A DNA stretch of 63,485 nucleotides, filler included, from Octopus bimaculoides (GCF_001194135.2; 9 parts of 9 records of this genome joined end to end with filler, not necessarily neighbours in it); one strand, 5' to 3'; counted from the whole stretch's first letter, positions 24,000-38,449 are shown. The notes: generated by a model from the sequence alone, not told the origin. A program made the numbers and translations.

Positions 24000-24340
24000 A
24001 TGACTTTCCAGATGTCTTGCGGTCGAAAACATAAGTACCACTTAAACACTGGAGTCAATGTAATCGACTTGCCTAATACAGACGACCTTGTGACAAAATT
24101 TAAAACTAAGGATGATAGTTGCTTCTGATATAGGCACAAGATCAACAATCTGTGGGTGGTGTTAGGCTAAAATATCAATTATAATGTTTAACTGGCACTT
24201 CATTTTAAAGACCATGAATGTTTAAAGGCTAAGTTAACCTCGGCAGACTTAGGGTTCACAATGCATAGAGTCAGAAAAGTTACCACGAGGCATTTTTCGG
24301 ATGCTCAGCCAATATGTCTCCTTCGATAATACGGCGCCTG
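24000..24340. mobile_element. Two partial Deu/Nin-type SINE fragments (3' part on plus, 5' part on minus)
   Basis: GTCGAAAACATAAGTACCAC..CACTGGAGTCAATGTAATCGAC on plus; the reverse complement of the head-to-core part lies at 24225-24340. Confidence 0.5.
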
Positions 24341-24762
24341 AAATTAATTCAATGCCTTTAATAATGTACACATGCTTATATAATATACATAGACATAAGC
24401 ATATATGTAAATATAATGTGTGTGTGTGTTTGTTGAATAGGAATATGTATATATGTGTATGTGTTTGTATAGGTATATGTATATGTGTGTATATATGCAT
24501 TCATATATGTATGCATGTATGACGTGTTTTTTCGCTTTTTACATAATTTTGATCTGATGATTCATATTCCAGGAAAAAAAAATATCCGGCACTTCTCAAG
24601 TCCCTAGCATCGCTGATAAATGTTCCCATACCTGTCATATATGTATGTGTGTGTGTATATATATATATATGTGCGGGTGCATGTGTTGTACACATGTTTG
24701 ATTACGTCTATGTGTGTGTGTTTATGTATGTGTGTATATATATATACATGTACGTATGTATA

Positions 24763-24806
<44 letters not shown>

Positions 24807-26787
24807 TGTGTGTGTGTGTACGTGTGTAGTGTAATTTTCTGAAGTGAAGTGTCTGGCAGTCTGGAAGTATGGCAACTAAGCAGAAACAAGCAGGATTATT
24901 TGTTAAGCAGAGTAGCAGACCACCCATTGCATGAAATAGATGTGAAATGAGATAAAAGTGATAAAAAAAAAAGTAATAGCAAATAACTTGAATGAAAGGC
25001 AGTTGGCAAGTCAAGTCAACAGAGATTAAAGTCATGCATCGTGCAACTTTCTGGTGTCATATTGCAAAGAAATGACACAAAGCTGCAGAATCACTTGGGA
25101 CCAGAAGCATTGATGTTTCCTTCTTTAAAATGTCTTCTCCCGACCCCACCCAACAGACTCTAGAGTTCTGTCCCGATTCAAATCATCCGCTTTTTCAATA
25201 GAGAGAACTCCTCCCTCTATCATTTGTAAATTAGAAGAGATGATAGCTTTGCCCAAGTGAATAACAAAACATCAGACATGAGGGATTGAAGCGGCTAGTT
25301 CAATTCCAGACAACAGTAGTTTGCATTCTGTTTTCCTTATTATTAATGTTGTTACTGATGTTATGGGAGTTGTTGTTCTTTCTGTGTTGAAATGCAAGGA
25401 GAGGAAGAATCTAAATGTAAGAAAAACATGTCCATTAGTTGTTGAATTTAGTTGATATCATTCTCTAGTTTTGTTTAGAAAAAAAAGCCAGATTAGAAAA
25501 TGTAGTCCAGGATACAATTTTCTTTTATTGTTTGACTTGTTTTATTTATCACAACTAAGATAATGGTGGAGCCGCGGATAAAATAAGCCAGGATAGTAGT
25601 GGTTATCACACTTTTGATGTTTGATTATGTCTATGCTTCTCGAGAATGATTTGGAACAAGATGCTAAATATATATCAGTAAACGACAGAGAAGCGGATAG
25701 AAGCAATTATCATGTAGATAGGGCGCTAGTCTTTTACAGTTAACTTCTCCATATATTAAAACTCTGTGACTAGAAACACATCAAAACATATACAACTGTT
25801 TTTAACTCATGGTGTATAATCTGACAGATAAAATACTTTATAAATACAGTGATTTTCCTTCAACCATCACTTATAATAGCTCTAGAGAATCCTAACCTTA
25901 TTTTTCATAATTTGACATACTGGCACAATAATTGTTAGAAGACAAATTTATCTTTGAACAAATACTTCAAACTGTTCATTTATAGCGTTCTGTTATCTGT
26001 CTTAACTTGTTAATTATCACTTTCATCTAACAGCATATGCGTCTCTTCCTCGTTTCCTCCACCTTTAGCGGTTTTTCTGCAGAAACCATTTATTTTACTC
26101 ACTATCATGGTTTTCACTGAACTGTGACTTGCCTCTCCACTTTAACTATCCCCATATGCCTCAATTAGATTGGCAGGATAATCTACTGTAAAAGAATCTA
26201 TCACATCCGACGTAATTCAAAAGGAGATGAAAACGCCACTTCCCTAATCATTTACTTCATATCTTTGCTGGTGGTCCCACTTAAAGTGAATCCATATTTA
26301 GGTGACGGAGCTTTGCGATGGATCGCCTTCACAAGCATTAATAAAAAAAAAATCCAACGATAATAATAAAATCAACGCAGACATTAACAGTGATAATTAC
26401 AAATTATACACACACAAACACACACATACGCACACACCTACAAACACATATGATTGAATATAAAATTTCATGCCTTTGAAATATATACAATGTATCTATT
26501 AATAAAACCAAATAAATAAAACAGTTTTCTTGTGCTTACCGTGGTTATTGTTGCTGTTGTTATTGTGGTCTGTCCTGCTATTGCTGTTACTCTGGTTCTT
26601 TGTTTTCTTTACAGTGTTTTTTTCTGTTTTATTTCTGATTTCTCTGCAATAACGTAACATAATTAATTTAATTGTGTAATGTAATATAATCAGAAGTATG
26701 CATATATATAAATGCATACATGTATACATACACAGACTCATGAATATATATATATGTGTGTGTTGTGCGTATGTGTGTGTGTGTATA

Positions 26788-26834
<47 letters not shown>

Positions 26835-28601
26835 NNNNNNNNNNNNNNNNNNNNNNNNNNNNNNNNNNNNNNNNNNNNNNNNNNNNNNNNNNNNNNNNNN
26901 NNNNNNNNNNNNNNNNNNNNNNNNNNNNNNNNNNNNNNNNNNNNNNNNNNNNNNNNNNNNNNNNNNNNNNNNNNNNNNNNNNNNNNNNNNNNNNNNNNNN
27001 NNNNNTATATATATATATATATATATATATATCCATACATAGATACACACACATAATTAACATATACAAGCATGCACGTGCGCACATGTGTATATATACG
27101 TACTTATGTGTGCATGCATGGCTGTGTGAGTGTAGATCTATATACAAATATAAATGCACACATATTTCTTTGTGTATGTGTATACGCACACTACACTGTA
27201 CATATAATACCACAAATTACCCAATTATCTTCCTCGTGTCAACACAACGAAAGTGAAACTTTACTCCTAACGATACAAATCATGGGACCTAACTGTGTGG
27301 GATTTTATCCTATCCCAATTTGCTTTTGTGATTTTACAATTCCTTATGGAGGATTTGAAATTTTAGTATTAGTTCTTATATCTTTAGCTCAAACATCATA
27401 CAAATACTGCAAAGTTATGCATGGCTTGCGAAGGAATTGTCTTCAGTTTTTCAGAAAAAAATTGTGACTTACTTAAATGGCTGCCGTTTTATGAGGAAAC
27501 GAGAAAAATTGTTTTCGTTAAAAAAATATAAATGTTGTATTTCCTGTCTGATATATTTTTCTTATACTGTGATATGGTGTAATATATCTCATCGACAGAC
27601 TACCTCATTGCTTACTGCGTTATAGCTCAATGCTTATCAATTCAACATCTATGGACTGTACATATATATCTCGTTTCCAAATCTTTCAATGGTAAAAGTA
27701 AAGGTTAATTGTTTTGTTTTTTTTTTCAAGAATTACAATGAAAAATATTCTAGCATTAGTCAGTTAGAAGACAAATGATCTCAGGTACCTCTTCTGCACG
27801 GCTAGTAAGAACAGATTTCTAGAATAGTCTTCTACTCTTCCTCACGACAAAAATTCATCCTATTTCGCAAACAAATTTAAGTAACTCTTAAATTTACCAA
27901 TGTCGACCATAAATACTTTCTCTAGACTCTACTATCTCAGTTTGATAGTAAAATATAGTTGTTGATGTTGCTACTGTTGTTTAGACCCAGATTAGATCTA
28001 ATCAATCAGACTTCTGCTCAAAGTATTCAAATCCTGTTCATCTCGTCTTTCTGAACATATGTTATCTAATGTGGCTTTTATTCTGAATATGGTGCGGTGA
28101 GATTCGAAACACATTTGGCTACTTCTAGTAGAATAAGGAAGTAAGCAATATATAATGCTTAGATTTACACGTACATACATGCATGCATACTCACATACAT
28201 ACATTCATACACACATGCATGCATACACATATGTATATATATATGTATTAAAAATGTTGGAGTATGATGAACAGTCGGAAAAGAATGGGTAGAGTGTACC
28301 AGCGTGTGTATCTTGATCACCCATCATCCTTTTGTCCCCATCATACGACGATATTTTGTAACATTACGATTCTAAAGTATTTGTAAACAAGGAGTTATTC
28401 AAAAACTATTCCAGCCTATTAGAGAAACTTACAAACTAGGACGACTAGACCTCTATGCTAATTCTCACTACCACAACAGTAGCACAACACTAAAATGTAC
28501 AATAACAAAAAAAAAACAACTAACCTAGTAAACAAACAACAGTTACTTTCACAGATTTTAGTAACATAGTATTGTTATATAATGACATATTATTATTATT
28601 A

Positions 28602-28684
<83 letters not shown>

Positions 28685-28699
28685 TAAGACATCGCACAG

Positions 28700-30550
28700 T
28701 ATCCAATATCGTGATGTTGTTGATTGAAGATATTGTCTACCGCGGGTTTGTACTCTCTATCAAGTCACAACAAGGACCTCAGACAGACATTACTTTATGC
28801 ATGCATAGATCTATTCGGAATAGCGCATGTCTGCGTGTTACTGACCAGCTTACCGATGACAAGCGCCAACATCTTCGCTAACACCTTGGCCAAAATCTTA
28901 TAATCTGCGTTTAGCAGAGTAATAGGCCTAAAATTATCTATTTTGTCCCACTTGTTCGAGTCCCTTCTCGACATCACCACCACGCCACGGCTCACAGCAG
29001 TGGATTTTCTCCCGTTCAGCTGCCAGTTGTGGTAGACATCCGCCAAGAGATCACAGAACACGTCTGACATATGAAGATACAGCTCGAAGGACAGAGCATC
29101 GAGCCTCGGAGACTTCTCCATTGCTCAGCTCGTCATCACGTCTCGTATGTCTTCAGCTGTTATTGGAATTTCTCAGAATTCCGCATCCCTGACCGAAAGG
29201 CCGACTTCCGATGGACTAATTCGCTAACCCGGTTTCTGAATGTTTGACGCGCCGGTAAAAAAATATGTTGAGCTTCAAGTACCCGGAGACTTGGATATGG
29301 CTCCTATCTAGGTCGACCGTGCAAATCATAAATTTGTGGTCTGTGTAGCCGATGACTTTGAACTGTGGACTACCTATGCTACTTCTATCTACTGGCCTAC
29401 AGAATATCCTATCTAAATACGATCTGGAAGATCCGGTGTTGCTTACCCGTGTCCACATCGGCGCATTCGGGAAATCCCGTCAGCCGATTGGAAACGATTG
29501 AGAAGGTTTGTGAGGTTTTCGCACCCCTTCTCCTATCGGTTAGCCCCACCTTATCCAGGTTTGCATCCAAAATGGCGTTCCAATCGCCCACTAAAACTAA
29601 AACGCATGATGTCCGAAGGAAAAGCTCCAAACATCTGAAGAAATCTGGCTACCCCGTCCCGGTTGGGGCGGACACAGCGACTACTCTGAAAGTACCGCAT
29701 TCGCTGCTACTCACATCCAGGGCCATCAACTTACATTCCAGGTACAGGAAGATCGTCCGTACTTTTCCTAAACAATACTGCCACCCCGCCCCCATTCCAG
29801 GACGACTAAGATATGCGTGGATCCTAAAATCGTCGTTAATTGGAGCCAGATCACGTGTCTCGGAAATTTTAGTTTCGCTGATGGCCGTCACATTCATAGA
29901 AAGTGACCTGAGGTCGTTGAGCAGTTTCCCCTGTTTCTAGAGCGACACCAGGCCACTCTAATCAATCCCATACCGATCGGAAAGAGCTGTTAGAAAGAAA
30001 AAGAACAAGATTACTTACCCTTCCCGTACAGTTGACAGCTGAATGGCCTGGCGTCCGGATCTGGTGGGAGTTTCTCCTCCCGATGCTTTCTCTATTGGCC
30101 ACAAGGGCTGAACACAAAAACATATAGGGACAATATAAAACAAAGGACAAATGGAATTTAAAACACAAAACCTGTAAACAACAAACAAAAGCAATTCACC
30201 AAAAATCTAACAATAAAATTCCTCAATAGAGAAGAGTTCCGCCCAGTGTATTGTTGCCATTAAAAAGAAGGAAGGAGAGGGAAATCTTTAGCAGTCACTA
30301 GACCCGTGGGAGGGGCAGTCATTTTCTTTCAAGATGGGTTCCGCCATCTTCTTCAATCATATGTGGTTAAACGCCCGCCAAACGTATTCGGGGAGCCGAA
30401 TATAGCCCCGCGAGGGAACGAACAAACACAGAAATCTATGACAAGTTCCTGGTCTTTCTATCAACAACTTCGGCACCAAACGGGTATAAACAAAGTATTT
30501 CCAAAAGGACTAATTGGAGGGTTCGGAAACACGTCCGATGTACTCCGCAG
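28700..30550 (-). mobile_element. L1/Tx1-clade LINE, deleted and decayed (5' region, ORF1 remnants, APE endonuclease, RT start)
   Basis: AISETK, VGDWNAILD, RSYLDRIF, YTDHK and YLKLN (APE); KSPRLDAL..NFRPITLLNADYKILAKVLA..QTCAIPNRS (RT). Confidence 0.85.
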
Positions 30551-30567
30551 CAAATATAATAATAATG

Positions 30568-30628
<61 letters not shown>

Positions 30629-30631
<3 letters not shown>

Positions 30632-30946
30632 TGCTAAAAACGACAAAGAGCTAGAAACACTACTACAGACAGTACACGGCTTTACCAAGGAAATAGATAT
30701 GAAATTTGGATTAGAAAAATGTGCCAAAGCAACCCTGAAAAGAGGAAAATTAGTTAAAAGCAGCAATATAACACTAGATAAAGCCAACCATACAAGTATT
30801 TAGGAGTCAATGAACTAGAAAGGATACAACATACACAAATGAAAGAAAAAATAAAGAAAGAGTACTATAGACGAGTTAGATCAATACTAAAAACAGAGCT
30901 CAATGCTAAAAACAAGATAATGGGTATCAACACTTTAGCTGTCCCA
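30629..30946 (+). mobile_element. Dong/R4-like LINE RT fragment
   Basis: YAKNDKELETLLQTVHGFTKEIDMKFGLEKCAK..YYRRVRSILKTELNAKNKIMGINTLAVP. Homologous to 46981-47490 and starts directly after (AAT)n at 30557-30627. Confidence 0.85.
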
Positions 30947-31049
30947 NNNNNNNNNNNNNNNNNNNNNNNNNNNNNNNNNNNNNNNNNNNNTTAATTAATT
31001 AANNNNNNNNNNNNNNNNNNNNNNNNNNNNNNNNNNNNNNNNNNNNGGG

Positions 31050-31167
31050 GGGGGGTAACGATTATGATGATGATTATGAGGGTAATGACAATGATGACAA
31101 TAATGACGACGACGACGACGATGATAAGGCCAATAATAATAATAATAATAATAACAATAATAACAAC

Positions 31168-31201
<34 letters not shown>

Positions 31202-32154
31202 GAATACGATATAAAAATTATTTTTTAGAAATTAACAAATGATGATGATGATGAGGATGATGATGATGATGATGATGGTGGTGATGATGATGGTGATGAT
31301 GATTTCAAATTTTAGCACAAGACCAGCAACTTCGGGAAGGGGGTTAAGTCGATTACATAACAACAACAACAACAATAATAATAATAATGATAATAATAAT
31401 AATGATAATGATAATAATAATGATGATAATAATAACAATAACGAATAAAAAAAAAGCAAAAGAAGCAAACATTAAAAAAAAGGGGAAAAGTCACTCAACT
31501 GCGAAAGTATGGTCTGCCAGTGGCAGAGAGAATTCTGCAGACATCTACGTGCGTGTAAATATAGTCAGGCAGGTACCCACCGCCATCGCTACTTCCAACA
31601 CCAAACAAAACAGCCCGCACTCATACTCGATCGAACTGTTACTTATCAAGCAAAGTACGCTCGCGAACTCGAACATATACGCAAATTCTGACGTATATTT
31701 TGACTTGCTCTTTACATTCAGATTCCTCGGTCTCACAACACGTACATACAGACATGCATACATACATGCATACATACATACATACATGCATATGTAAGTA
31801 TGCATATATACATATATGCGTATATATATATGGCTAAGTAACCACGTTAACTTCACAGTCCATCTTATACAGTTAGTTCCTCTCATATAAACAGAACTGA
31901 CCACGGTCAGAATAGTGTTAATGTTTCTAGTCGCGGTGGTGGTAGTGGTGGTGGTGGTGGTGGTGGTGGTGGTGGTGATTGGTGGTGATGGTAGTGGTTA
32001 GTAATAGTGGTGATATTTGTAGTGGTGGTGGTGATAGCTGTAGACGGTACATCCAGCTAGTAGACGGTACTAGCTGGGTGTTGGTTGGTGTTGTTTACGG
32101 TGGCGGCATTGTTAATGTTTGATGGTGGCGATGAACAGACTAGACAGGAGAGAA

Positions 32155-32213
<59 letters not shown>

Positions 32214-32308
32214 GATAGGTAGGTAGATAGATAGATAGACTGACAAATGGACAGACAAATAGATATATAGATAGACAGATGGACAAACAGACAGATAGAT
32301 AGACAGAC

Positions 32309-32357
<49 letters not shown>

Positions 32358-32367
32358 NNNNNNNNNN

Positions 32368-32416
<49 letters not shown>

Positions 32417-32929
32417 GTAGGTAGATAAATGGATAAATAGATAGGTAGATAAACAGACAGACAGAAAGACAGATGGATAACTAGATAGGTAGATAGATAG
32501 ATGGATAGATAGACATACAGACAGACAGATAGAGAGATAGATAGACAGATGAATGGATAGACGGATAGAAAGAGAGAGAGAAAGAAAGCGAGAGATGAAG
32601 TGAGGGTGAGGGAGAAAGAGAAAGCTGTGAAAAGATAAATGGATGGAGAGATAGAGTTGAGTAGATAGAGAGTGAGAGAAAGAGAGGGAAAGGGCATGGA
32701 GTAGAATACGCTGAAAAAAGAGAGATTAAAAGGCGGGAGAATGTGAAAGAGAGAGAGAGAGAGAGTGGTGGATGGGGAGATAATGAAAAAGGAAAGGCGA
32801 TAGAGAAGAGAGATGAGCTAAAGAGGGGGAAAGTAAGGGAGAAGGGGGAGAGAGAGAGAAAAAATGGAAGAAGGAGCAGGTGTCAGAGAGAATAAAATAG
32901 TTAATGATTAACAGATTGAAGAGAGAGAC

Positions 32930-32964
<35 letters not shown>

Positions 32965-33407
32965 GACAGAGAGTCAGACAGGCAAAGAGAAAGAGAGAAA
33001 GAGGGAAAGAGAGAATGAAAGAGATATATATATATAGTGGTGGATTGAAAGTAGAGAAGAGAGAGAGGGAGAGAGTGATTGGTAGAGATGGTTAGAGAGA
33101 GAGAAGGAGAGAGAGGGGAGAGAAAGGGGGAGAGAGGGGAGAGTGAGGGAGGGAGAGAGAGACTGGTAGAAATAGTTAGAGAGAGAGAGAGAGAGGGGGT
33201 GACAGAAATAGTTAGACAGCGAAGGTGTGACGGAGACAGAGAAAGAGAGAGAAAAAGAGAGAGAGAGAGAGAGAGAGACAAACAGACAGGCAGAGTGTAC
33301 AGAAGAAGACTATATTAATTAGAGATATACAGAGGAACGTGTTGGAAAACTAATTGGATCAGATTTGAGAAAGAAAAAAAGAGGAGAGAACTAGAGAGAG
33401 AGAGAGG

Positions 33408-33474
<67 letters not shown>

Positions 33475-33500
33475 AGAGAGAGACAGACAGACAGAGGAGG
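31050..33500. repeat. Microsatellite-rich block (AAT, GAT, GGT, GATA, GA), including one short unique stretch
   Basis: Direct inspection. Confidence 0.85.
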
Positions 33501-33814
33501 GAGAGAAGGAGGAGAGGCGGGTAAAAACGAAGACAGAGAGGGATCAGATCCGAACTGGAAAATTCTTCGGCGGGGAGAAAAAGGCGGTGATGGAGATGGT
33601 GGTGGTGAGTTTGATGGGGGTCGGTGACGATGATGGATCTGCTTGCCGTTCGTTGGTGGAGTATAGTTAGTGGTAATGGTAATGGTGGTTGTCATAGTGA
33701 TGGTGATGCCAATGTTGATGGTGACGTTGGTGGCAATGGCGGTGGCGATGGTGAATACTAGTGGTGATGGTCACGGAGATGGCGATCGCGTAGTTTGCTG
33801 TGTTTCACTCAATA

Positions 33815-33847
<33 letters not shown>

Positions 33848-34516
33848 GTCTATTTCAATATGTGTGTGTGAGTGTGTGTGTGTGTGTGTGAGTGTGTGTN
33901 NNNNNNNNNNNNNNNNNNNNNNNNNNNNNNNNNNNNNNNNNNNNNNNNNNNNNNNNNNNNNNNNNNNNNNNNNNNNNNNNNNNNNNNNNNNNNNNNNNNN
34001 NNNNNNNNNNNNNNNNNNNNNNNNNNNNNNNNNNNNNNNNNNNNNNNNNNNNNNNNNNNNNNNNNNNNNNNNNNNNNNNNNNNNNNNNNNNNNNNNNNNN
34101 NNNNNNNNNNNNNNNNNNNNNNNNNNNNNNNNNNNNNNNNNNNNNNNNNNNNNNNNNNNNNNNNNNNNNNNNNNNNNNNNNNNNNNNNNNNNNNNNNNNN
34201 NNNNNNNNNNNNNNNNNNNNNNNNNNNNNNNNNNNNNNNNNNNNNNNNNNNNNNNNNNNNNNNNNNNNNNNNNNNNNNNNNNNNNNNNNNNNNNNNNNNN
34301 NNNNNNNNNNNNNNNNNNNNNNNNNNNNNNNNNNNNNNNNNNNNNNNNNNNNNNNNNNNNNNNNNNNNNNNNNNNNNNNNNNNNNNNNNNNNNNNNNNNN
34401 NNNNNNNNNNNNNNNNNNNNNNNNNNNNNATATATATATATATATATATATATACAGACACATATATACACACAAAGATTTACATACATCCATTCTTATA
34501 TACACGCACACACATA

Positions 34517-34790
34517 CGAGGTGCATCCAAAAAGTATCAGACAATTTTTCCCCGTCAAACTAATGCTGCGTGGGCAAAGTCATTTGATTGGAAGGTGACG
34601 CCACTCTTCCACCGCATGCGCGAAAATTTTGGCACCGCTAGGCCGCATCAGTTGCCGGCTGTTATGCTTAGAGTAAATTTTGCCCCATGCTCAGGAAGAG
34701 TAGTATATCCTCCCACCCAAAGGATTTTTCTCATGCAGCATGAGTTTCGCTGGGAAAAAATAAAATCGGACACTTCTTGGACGCAACTCG
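34517..34790. mobile_element. Non-autonomous mariner-type MITE
   Basis: TA|CGAGGTGCATCCAAAAAGTATCAGAC ... GGACACTTCTTGGACGCAACTCG|TA. Imperfect TIRs with TA on both sides. Confidence 0.75.
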
Positions 34791-34794
34791 TATG

Positions 34795-35958
34795 CGAGGT
34801 TAAGTCAAAAATTACACGCACCCTTATTTCAGTAATTTATTGAAACAAAAGGAGGGGTTCAACAATCATAACAATTTTCGAAATATTCTCCTTGTTTTTT
34901 TATGTACTTCTAGTGGTCTGCAAGCTTGAATATTCCATCGGAGAAGGTTTTCGGCTGCTTCCTGCACTCCTGCGTCTGTAGCAAATCAACGACCTCATAA
35001 AGGATGTTTGAGCGCCCTAAAGAGGTAATAGTCAGAAGGGGCGAGATCTAGACTGTATGCAGGGTGTTCCAGCAATTCGAAAACCAATGTTTTAATGGTT
35101 TCAACGGGGTAAGTAGCCGTACGTGAACGCGTATTGTCGTGCACCAATAACACTTGCTTTAACAACAGACCTCGGCGTTTGGTGCGAATTGCTGGTGTCA
35201 TTTTATTGGCTAACAATTTCGCTGTAGCCTTCAATGGTGACTTCAGACCCAATTTCCCTTCTAATTCACTATAATAGGCCCTTTTGCGTTTTTCTGCAGA
35301 ATGTTGAGTCTTGAATTTCTTTTTCGCTGGCGATTCTGGGTGTTTCCAATCCGTACTCTACCTTCTGGATTCTTGCTCAAAGTGGTAGAGCCAGACCTTA
35401 TCTCCTGTGACTATTCTCTCCCAAAAGGCTTCGCCTTCATCGTTATAGTGGTCGACTAAGCGTTGACAGATCTCCACACGATTACGCTTATGCGCTTCGG
35501 TAAGCTCTTTTGGCACAGCCACTTCATCGATGTTCATTTATCGGTTTGCCAGAACCACCTCTCGAATTTATTCAATCTTCATATCAGACGTGGAGATTCA
35601 TGCTCTCTCTACTCTCTCTTTGTGCTTCACGCTTGTCAAACCATTTTTTATCTTCTTGATTCACTCATGCACATTTGTACGCTGTCCTCTTATTGTACTG
35701 AAGTTCAGTGATGAATTTCTCCCCTGACATACTTTCAGTCCAGAGAAATCGCATCACTTATCTCTGTTCCTCTTGGTGCAAACTGCCAGTGGAGCGGCCA
35801 CTTTACTTCGTAACACAAGAAAGAAAACTGAAGCCAAACTGAAGCAATCAAGTTATAACCACAGGAGTATCGTCCTTTAGCACGCGAGCATTGGAAGCTG
35901 TGTGGCCAACCTATAGAAAGTTTTGGCGAAAGTTCGGATAATGTTTGACTTCCCTTGG
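34795..35958 (-). mobile_element. Mariner transposon, near full length, decayed transposase
   Basis: HDNTRSRTA..EHPAYSLDLAPSDYYLFRALK motif. TIRs at 34795-34821 and 35932-35958 (19/27 match). Confidence 0.85.
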
Positions 35959-36476
35959 GAATGTTACTCTTATTTCTAGCAATATATGTGCTACACGGCA
36001 CTCTCACTCACAATTAGTGACAAATGAATTTTTCCTTTTTGGTTTTATATTGCATATAGCTGCCTTAGTACTTTTCGCATTAGCATTTTGCTAAATCAGC
36101 CATAAATTTATATGGTAAATATATATACTGACAGTCCGGATTTAACCAAACCATTCGGCGATGGAGTAGTCACTAATGACTGAAGGAAGTAAAAGATAGA
36201 TGATAAAAGGTGCTACATCAAATTTCATAGATTACATAATAACTATACCTGGAACCGCTGTCAACATAATAACTATACCAAGAACCACTGTCAACATAAT
36301 ACCAATCCGTATAAAAGATCATTTTATAAATTCATTAAATCAACAGCAAACAGAAGGCATCGTTGATACTGATGAGCATCAATTTTGGGATCGAACTCAG
36401 AAATACAAGGGACATGAAATGGCTTCCAAATATAAGAAACCGACGGTAACCAGCCTATCAAATGATAATTTCACGG

Positions 36477-36510
<34 letters not shown>

Positions 36511-37454
36511 NNNNNNNNNNNNNNNNNNNNNNNNNNNNNNNNNNNNNNNNNNNNNNNNNNNNNNNNNNNNNNNNNNNNNNNNNNAAAAAAAAAAAAAAAA
36601 AAAAAAAAAAATGACAACGGGGATGTGACAGAACTACTATGGCAGTAACTAGTGTGAGAGAACTAAGAATTACAAGCAAAGAGACATAATGGGAAAACCT
36701 ACTGATATTTTTATGTAAGTATCGCAAATATTTAACCAGGAAAGAATTTGACTACATGCAGATACAAAAGCAGCAATCTGAATGGCCAGTCCAAAATACG
36801 TATAAGGAAAACCCTATACAACCAGTCAGCACCTTCAGATAATATGAAATTTAGACCAATTAAAGCAGGCCCTGCATGTGAAACACAGTAACAGAGCAAC
36901 ATTTTGGACAGTTTACTAAAGAACCTTCTGAAACATGTACAAAGTTATATATAAGATGGTTTGGATGGTTTATAAGAAATTTCGCTGTAAACATTTTTGC
37001 CGTAGGAAAATTAGCCGTAAGAGCTTTCGTTTTAAAGGGCCTCCACATGTTTTTTTTTCTTTTTAATGTTTGACGTTGAATAAAAACTTGCCTATTTAAT
37101 GCTTTTATAAAATATTTTAACTTTTGTTTTATATTTAAGAAAATGTTGATATACACTTTATTATGGTTCTGACAGCGAAATTTCTGACGGCGAATTTTCC
37201 GGACACGGATTTGGATATACTCAATCATCTGCTAAAATATATTCGGTCAAAATACTATTATTGTGTATTTTGACGTTGCAAATCTATTCAAAAATATTTC
37301 TCACGATTATTGATTAAATGGAATCAAATATTAATTAAATAATGCTAGTTTGAGTTGCTGGTACGCAGAACAAAAAAAAAAAAAAAAAAAAAGAAAAGAC
37401 TTCATTATTGAAGGACTCAGATTCAAACTATAAAATGACTATTTTACAAACAAA

Positions 37455-37680
37455 TAAGAATATGCGTTTTCTGCGAAGATTTGAGAAGCGGTGATGAGTG
37501 ATCAATTCTGTAAATAATATTTTATAAGCTTAAAGAGTTCAGCGTGTATTGATTAAAGAAAATAGTCTAATATTGGGGCATATAAGCCCTCGACGGAGAA
37601 ACGTGGGTTTCCGTACGCATGGGACACGAACCCACACCTCTGCATATTCGTGGTAAGTGTGATACTATTACAGAAACGTA
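37455..37680 (-). mobile_element. tRNA-headed SINE-like repeat (fourth family); headless second copy at ~38160-38320
   Basis: Minus-strand GGTTCGTGTCCC B-box-like head. The body is duplicated about 700 bp downstream. Confidence 0.5.
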
Positions 37681-37727
37681 CCTACTCGTTTCTTCCCGTT
37701 AGATTTCAGAACTCTAATTTCATAGTG

Positions 37728-38142
37728 CATAGCGCAGGAGTGGCTGTATGGTAAGTAGCTTGCTTACCAACCACATGGTTCCGGGTTCAGTCCCACTGCG
37801 TGGCACCTTGGGCAAGTGTCTTCTACTATAGCCTCGGGCCGACCAAAGCCTTGTGAGTGGATTTGGTAGACGGAAACTGAAAAAAGCCCGTCGTATATAT
37901 GTATATATATATATATGTATGTGTGTTTGTGTGTCTGTGTTTGTCCCCCACCATCGCTTGACAACCGATACTGGTGTGTTTACGTCCCCGTAACTTAGCG
38001 GTTCGGCAAATGAGACCGATAGAATAAGTACTAGGCTTACAAAGAATAAGTCCTGGGGTCGATTTGTTCGACTAAAGGCGGTGCTCCAGCATGGCCGCAG
38101 TCAAATGACTGAAACAAGTAAAAGAGTAAAAGAGTAAAAGAG
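37728..38142 (+). mobile_element. Full-length tRNA/CORE-type SINE (octopus OR-like)
   Basis: Head GGAGTGGCTGTATGGTAAG..GGTTCAGTCCC; CORE-like GGCACCTTGGGCAAGTGTCTT; tail GGTGCTCCAGCATGGCCGCAG..(TAAAAGAG)n. Confidence 0.9.
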
Positions 38143-38449
38143 TGTTGGTTTTTAAACAAACAAGCATGTGTGCTTTCTGCGATGATTTGAGAAGCGGTGA
38201 CGAGTGAACAATTCTGTAAATAATAATAAATATTTTATAAGTTTAAAGCTTATAAGCGATCACCGTGTATTGATTAAAGAAACTAGTCTGATATTGCGAC
38301 ATATAAGCCCTCGACGGAAAAAATGTTTCTATACACGGCATCAATACACGGTGATCGCTTATAAGCGTTAAGCTTATGAAATATTATTATTTACAAAACT
38401 ATTTTATGTTCGATGGATCAGCATATCGACAAATATCAAATAATGAAAT

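Noticed and set aside
25980-26200. Minus-strand protein-like frame DYPANLIEAYGDS*SGEASHSS..ERYK* with AG/GT signals
   Set aside because: It has an in-frame stop, and no splice combination gave a phase-compatible link to the 23592 exon.
30515-30545. GAAACACGTC on plus resembling a hammerhead 3' half
   Set aside because: No 5' core; it lies in a probable LINE 5' region on the other strand.
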